A DNA stretch of 64,000 bases from Octopus sinensis (Eukaryota), in contig NC_043001.1 of assembly GCF_006345805.1 (NCBI RefSeq), positions 33,976,001 through 34,040,000 of the forward strand, written 5' to 3'. The position numbers were made by a program, and so were the translations under genes. Positions 61,801-64,000 of the stretch are shown one piece after another. Each line of letters opens with the position of its first letter. Positions within the stretch are counted from its first letter, which is position 1. The notes under the pieces are model-generated. The model did not search any database. It was not told the origin of the DNA and saw only the letters and a program-made list of their open reading frames with translations.

Positions 61801-62255
61801 TCATCGTAATTTGAATTTAACATATCACAGTCTCCTCATTAGAAATATACTCACAAATGCGTATTAGACGTTATCATTATCTCACATTTCACTTTTTAGG
61901 GGTAAATCTGTAAACTTTGTGCTTGGGAAGCAATCAATTTAGTGCGTCAGTAAAATATTTTAGGCGATAAAATTTAAATAGATAAGTGTATTCGATCTGA
62001 TTTTAAAATAAAATACAATAATACAAACAAAGATCCGTGCTTATTGTTAGATTAACCGATTCGGTTAATTATTATAGGCAACAGACTAGTATATATATAT
62101 ATATGTCGAATGAGATAAAGAAATGATCAGAAATTCGTTTCTTACATTTGCACAAGGTTGCACCCTCGTCGGAAGAAAAACTCAAACACTAGTTTTCGTT
62201 GTGCCAAGGGACATAACTGAATTGTAATGTTCAGAGACAATTAATTGCAGCGTGG

Positions 62256-62646
62256 AAGTGTTTTCTACTTAAATCTATAAACATTTACGGAGAGTGACTT
62301 GATCTGAGATCATGTGCTGTAACGAAAACAATTGCAGCGTGGAAGGTGTTTATAAGCCATTTAAGAAACATAAAAACGTTAGATTCACTTCAAATTTAAA
62401 TTTAATTTGTCAAAATATTTTCATCGCTTTGAGACCGCGACCTGTTCATTGACAAATTTGATGAAAATATTTTGACAAATTAAATTTAAATGTTGAAATG
62501 AATCTACCGGTTTTGTGTTTTTTAAATGGCTTATAAACACCTTCCACGCTGCAATTGTTTTCGTTACAGCACACGATCTCAGATCAAGTCACTCGCTATG
62601 CAAGTACATCTCCGTAAATGTTCATAGATTTTAGTAGAAAACACTT
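62256..62646. repeat. Foldback/palindromic MITE-like element (~170-190-bp arms, ~34-nt spacer); one arm also occurs inside the hAT MITE at 27660..27850
   Basis: Left arm aagtgttttctact...aaaatattttcatc is the reverse complement of right arm gatgaaaatatttt...agtagaaaacactt. Confidence 0.85.
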
Positions 62647-62975
62647 TGAGAGAACGTTGTAAAGGCCCTCTTTTAAAATTGTTTAGCGAACAAACACCGA
62701 GTCACTTGGAGGAATTCATGTTGCGTTAATTACACGAAAATGATCCATGAAACAATTAATTTAACCATATATCTTAACTGCTATCGTTTAAACTGAATAT
62801 ATAAAAAAAATACACCTTTTCAAGTTCAACTTTACGTTTCAATTTCATAAACATGTACTTCTTTTAGAATATTGTCATTTTAACAAACATTTATTTACAT
62901 GAAAGAAAATTACAAGTGAACTTTCATTTAATTCTTCAAATCTTTCTGTTAAAACTATTGAAACCATTTGTGGGG

Positions 62976-63700
62976 AATTTTCTTCTTTTTTTTTTTATCA
63001 TAGCCACGGGTCGCATACTGCAAGGTTTGACGGAACCAACTGAAGCAAGCCAGCACGCTCGCAGCATTACCACGGGCGATGGCGAGGCTAAGGCGTTGGG
63101 AAAGCCAAGCGCTCACAATGGCCTCACATGACACCACGGCGAAGCGAGCTGCTAACGTTGACAAGAACTTCGCGGTCAGTGGCCCAGTCCCTCCGAACGT
63201 CTCAAACGTCACAGGTTGGAAGAGGTAGTTCATTGTCAGGTCCCGATACTTCAGGGGTTTTTTCTTCTCGGCTACGGAAACAGTGACCCTCCCATTAACT
63301 GTAGCATCCAGGATATGGGAGGGAACAAAGGAGTTACAGACTGTGGTATCCCAAATGAGGCACCTACTTCTAACCCAGGGACATCACTTTTGGATAAACC
63401 TGACGGCTCCAGAACTGAGGGGATATTACTTCCAGCCAGGGCCCGCTTAATGATTAAGTTTAGCTCGCTGTGACAAACGAAACGAACAGCATTTTGGGCG
63501 CAAGACACACCGTGAACTTGTAGGGTCGCGGGAGCCTACCACAGCGGCATCTCAGTCCCTTACGGACGTTAGCTTCCACTCTGAGTGCGAAGGAAATGCG
63601 TAACTCATCTAGACTGAGTATACCTCGAATGTTGGCCACAGCCAAGGCATCAATCCAGTCCCCTGACAATTTTGCACTAGTTGGAATTAGACCATGTTGG
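62976..63700 (-). mobile_element. CRE-clade-like non-LTR retrotransposon 3' fragment (restriction-like endonuclease region) with poly(A) tail
   Basis: ELNLIIKRALAGSNIPSVLEPSGLSKSD / PWVRSRCLIWDTTV...EKKK..KYRDL..YLFQPVTFETFGG...QRLSLAIARGNAASVL; A-rich tail; frameshifts. Confidence 0.75.
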
Positions 63701-64000
63701 AGAGGAGAAGATGTTGCCTACCAAAGATGAGCAAGCGTAGACGGAGAAAGGAAAATAGGGAAGAGATAAAAAAAAAGGAGCACTTGCGCAGATCTAGACC
63801 CCAAACCGTTTTGGCAAAGCAGCTTGGTTGCGGGAGTCTGGCGTGAGTTTGACATTGGCCAAGCATTCGAGTTTCCTGAAAATTTGGTCGTCAAGTATAG
63901 CTTAGGAATTGACAAGTAATTCCTAAGTACAAAAAAACCTTTGTGTGGTTCAGTTACTTCAAAGTTTTTAAAATTTTGTTCGAGGTTAACCATTTCCAAT

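Overview
AT-rich, repeat-dense animal genomic DNA. The SINE, LINE and microsatellite landscape is the one I recognise from Octopus (coleoid cephalopod); that assignment is an inference. One intact protein-coding gene is present: an 8-exon thiopurine S-methyltransferase (TPMT, minus strand, 58822..45142, 234 aa). All its introns are GT-AG, and five internal exon sizes (93, 53, 75, 86, 45 nt) match the human gene as I recall it. The main discovery is not visible in the ORF track. Downstream of TPMT on the same strand, about 16 exon-like segments between ~45.5 kb and ~9.4 kb are colinear with the sperm Ca2+-channel auxiliary subunit CatSper-beta (CATSPERB). Many keep their splice sites and compatible phases, but several carry stops or frameshifts, which points to a unitary pseudogene. 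The homology was judged by eye against my recollection of human CATSPERB and needs tblastn confirmation. The window also holds a nested plus-strand exon remnant split by a hAT MITE, and three Penelope-type hammerhead ribozyme motifs plus a possible type III hammerhead. Mobile-element remnants include CRE, Dong/R4, CR1 and RTE LINE fragments, two solo LTRs with target-site duplications (TSDs), piggyBac, mariner, pogo and hAT derivatives, two Helitrons and dozens of SINEs. There is no CRISPR array, rRNA or true tRNA gene.
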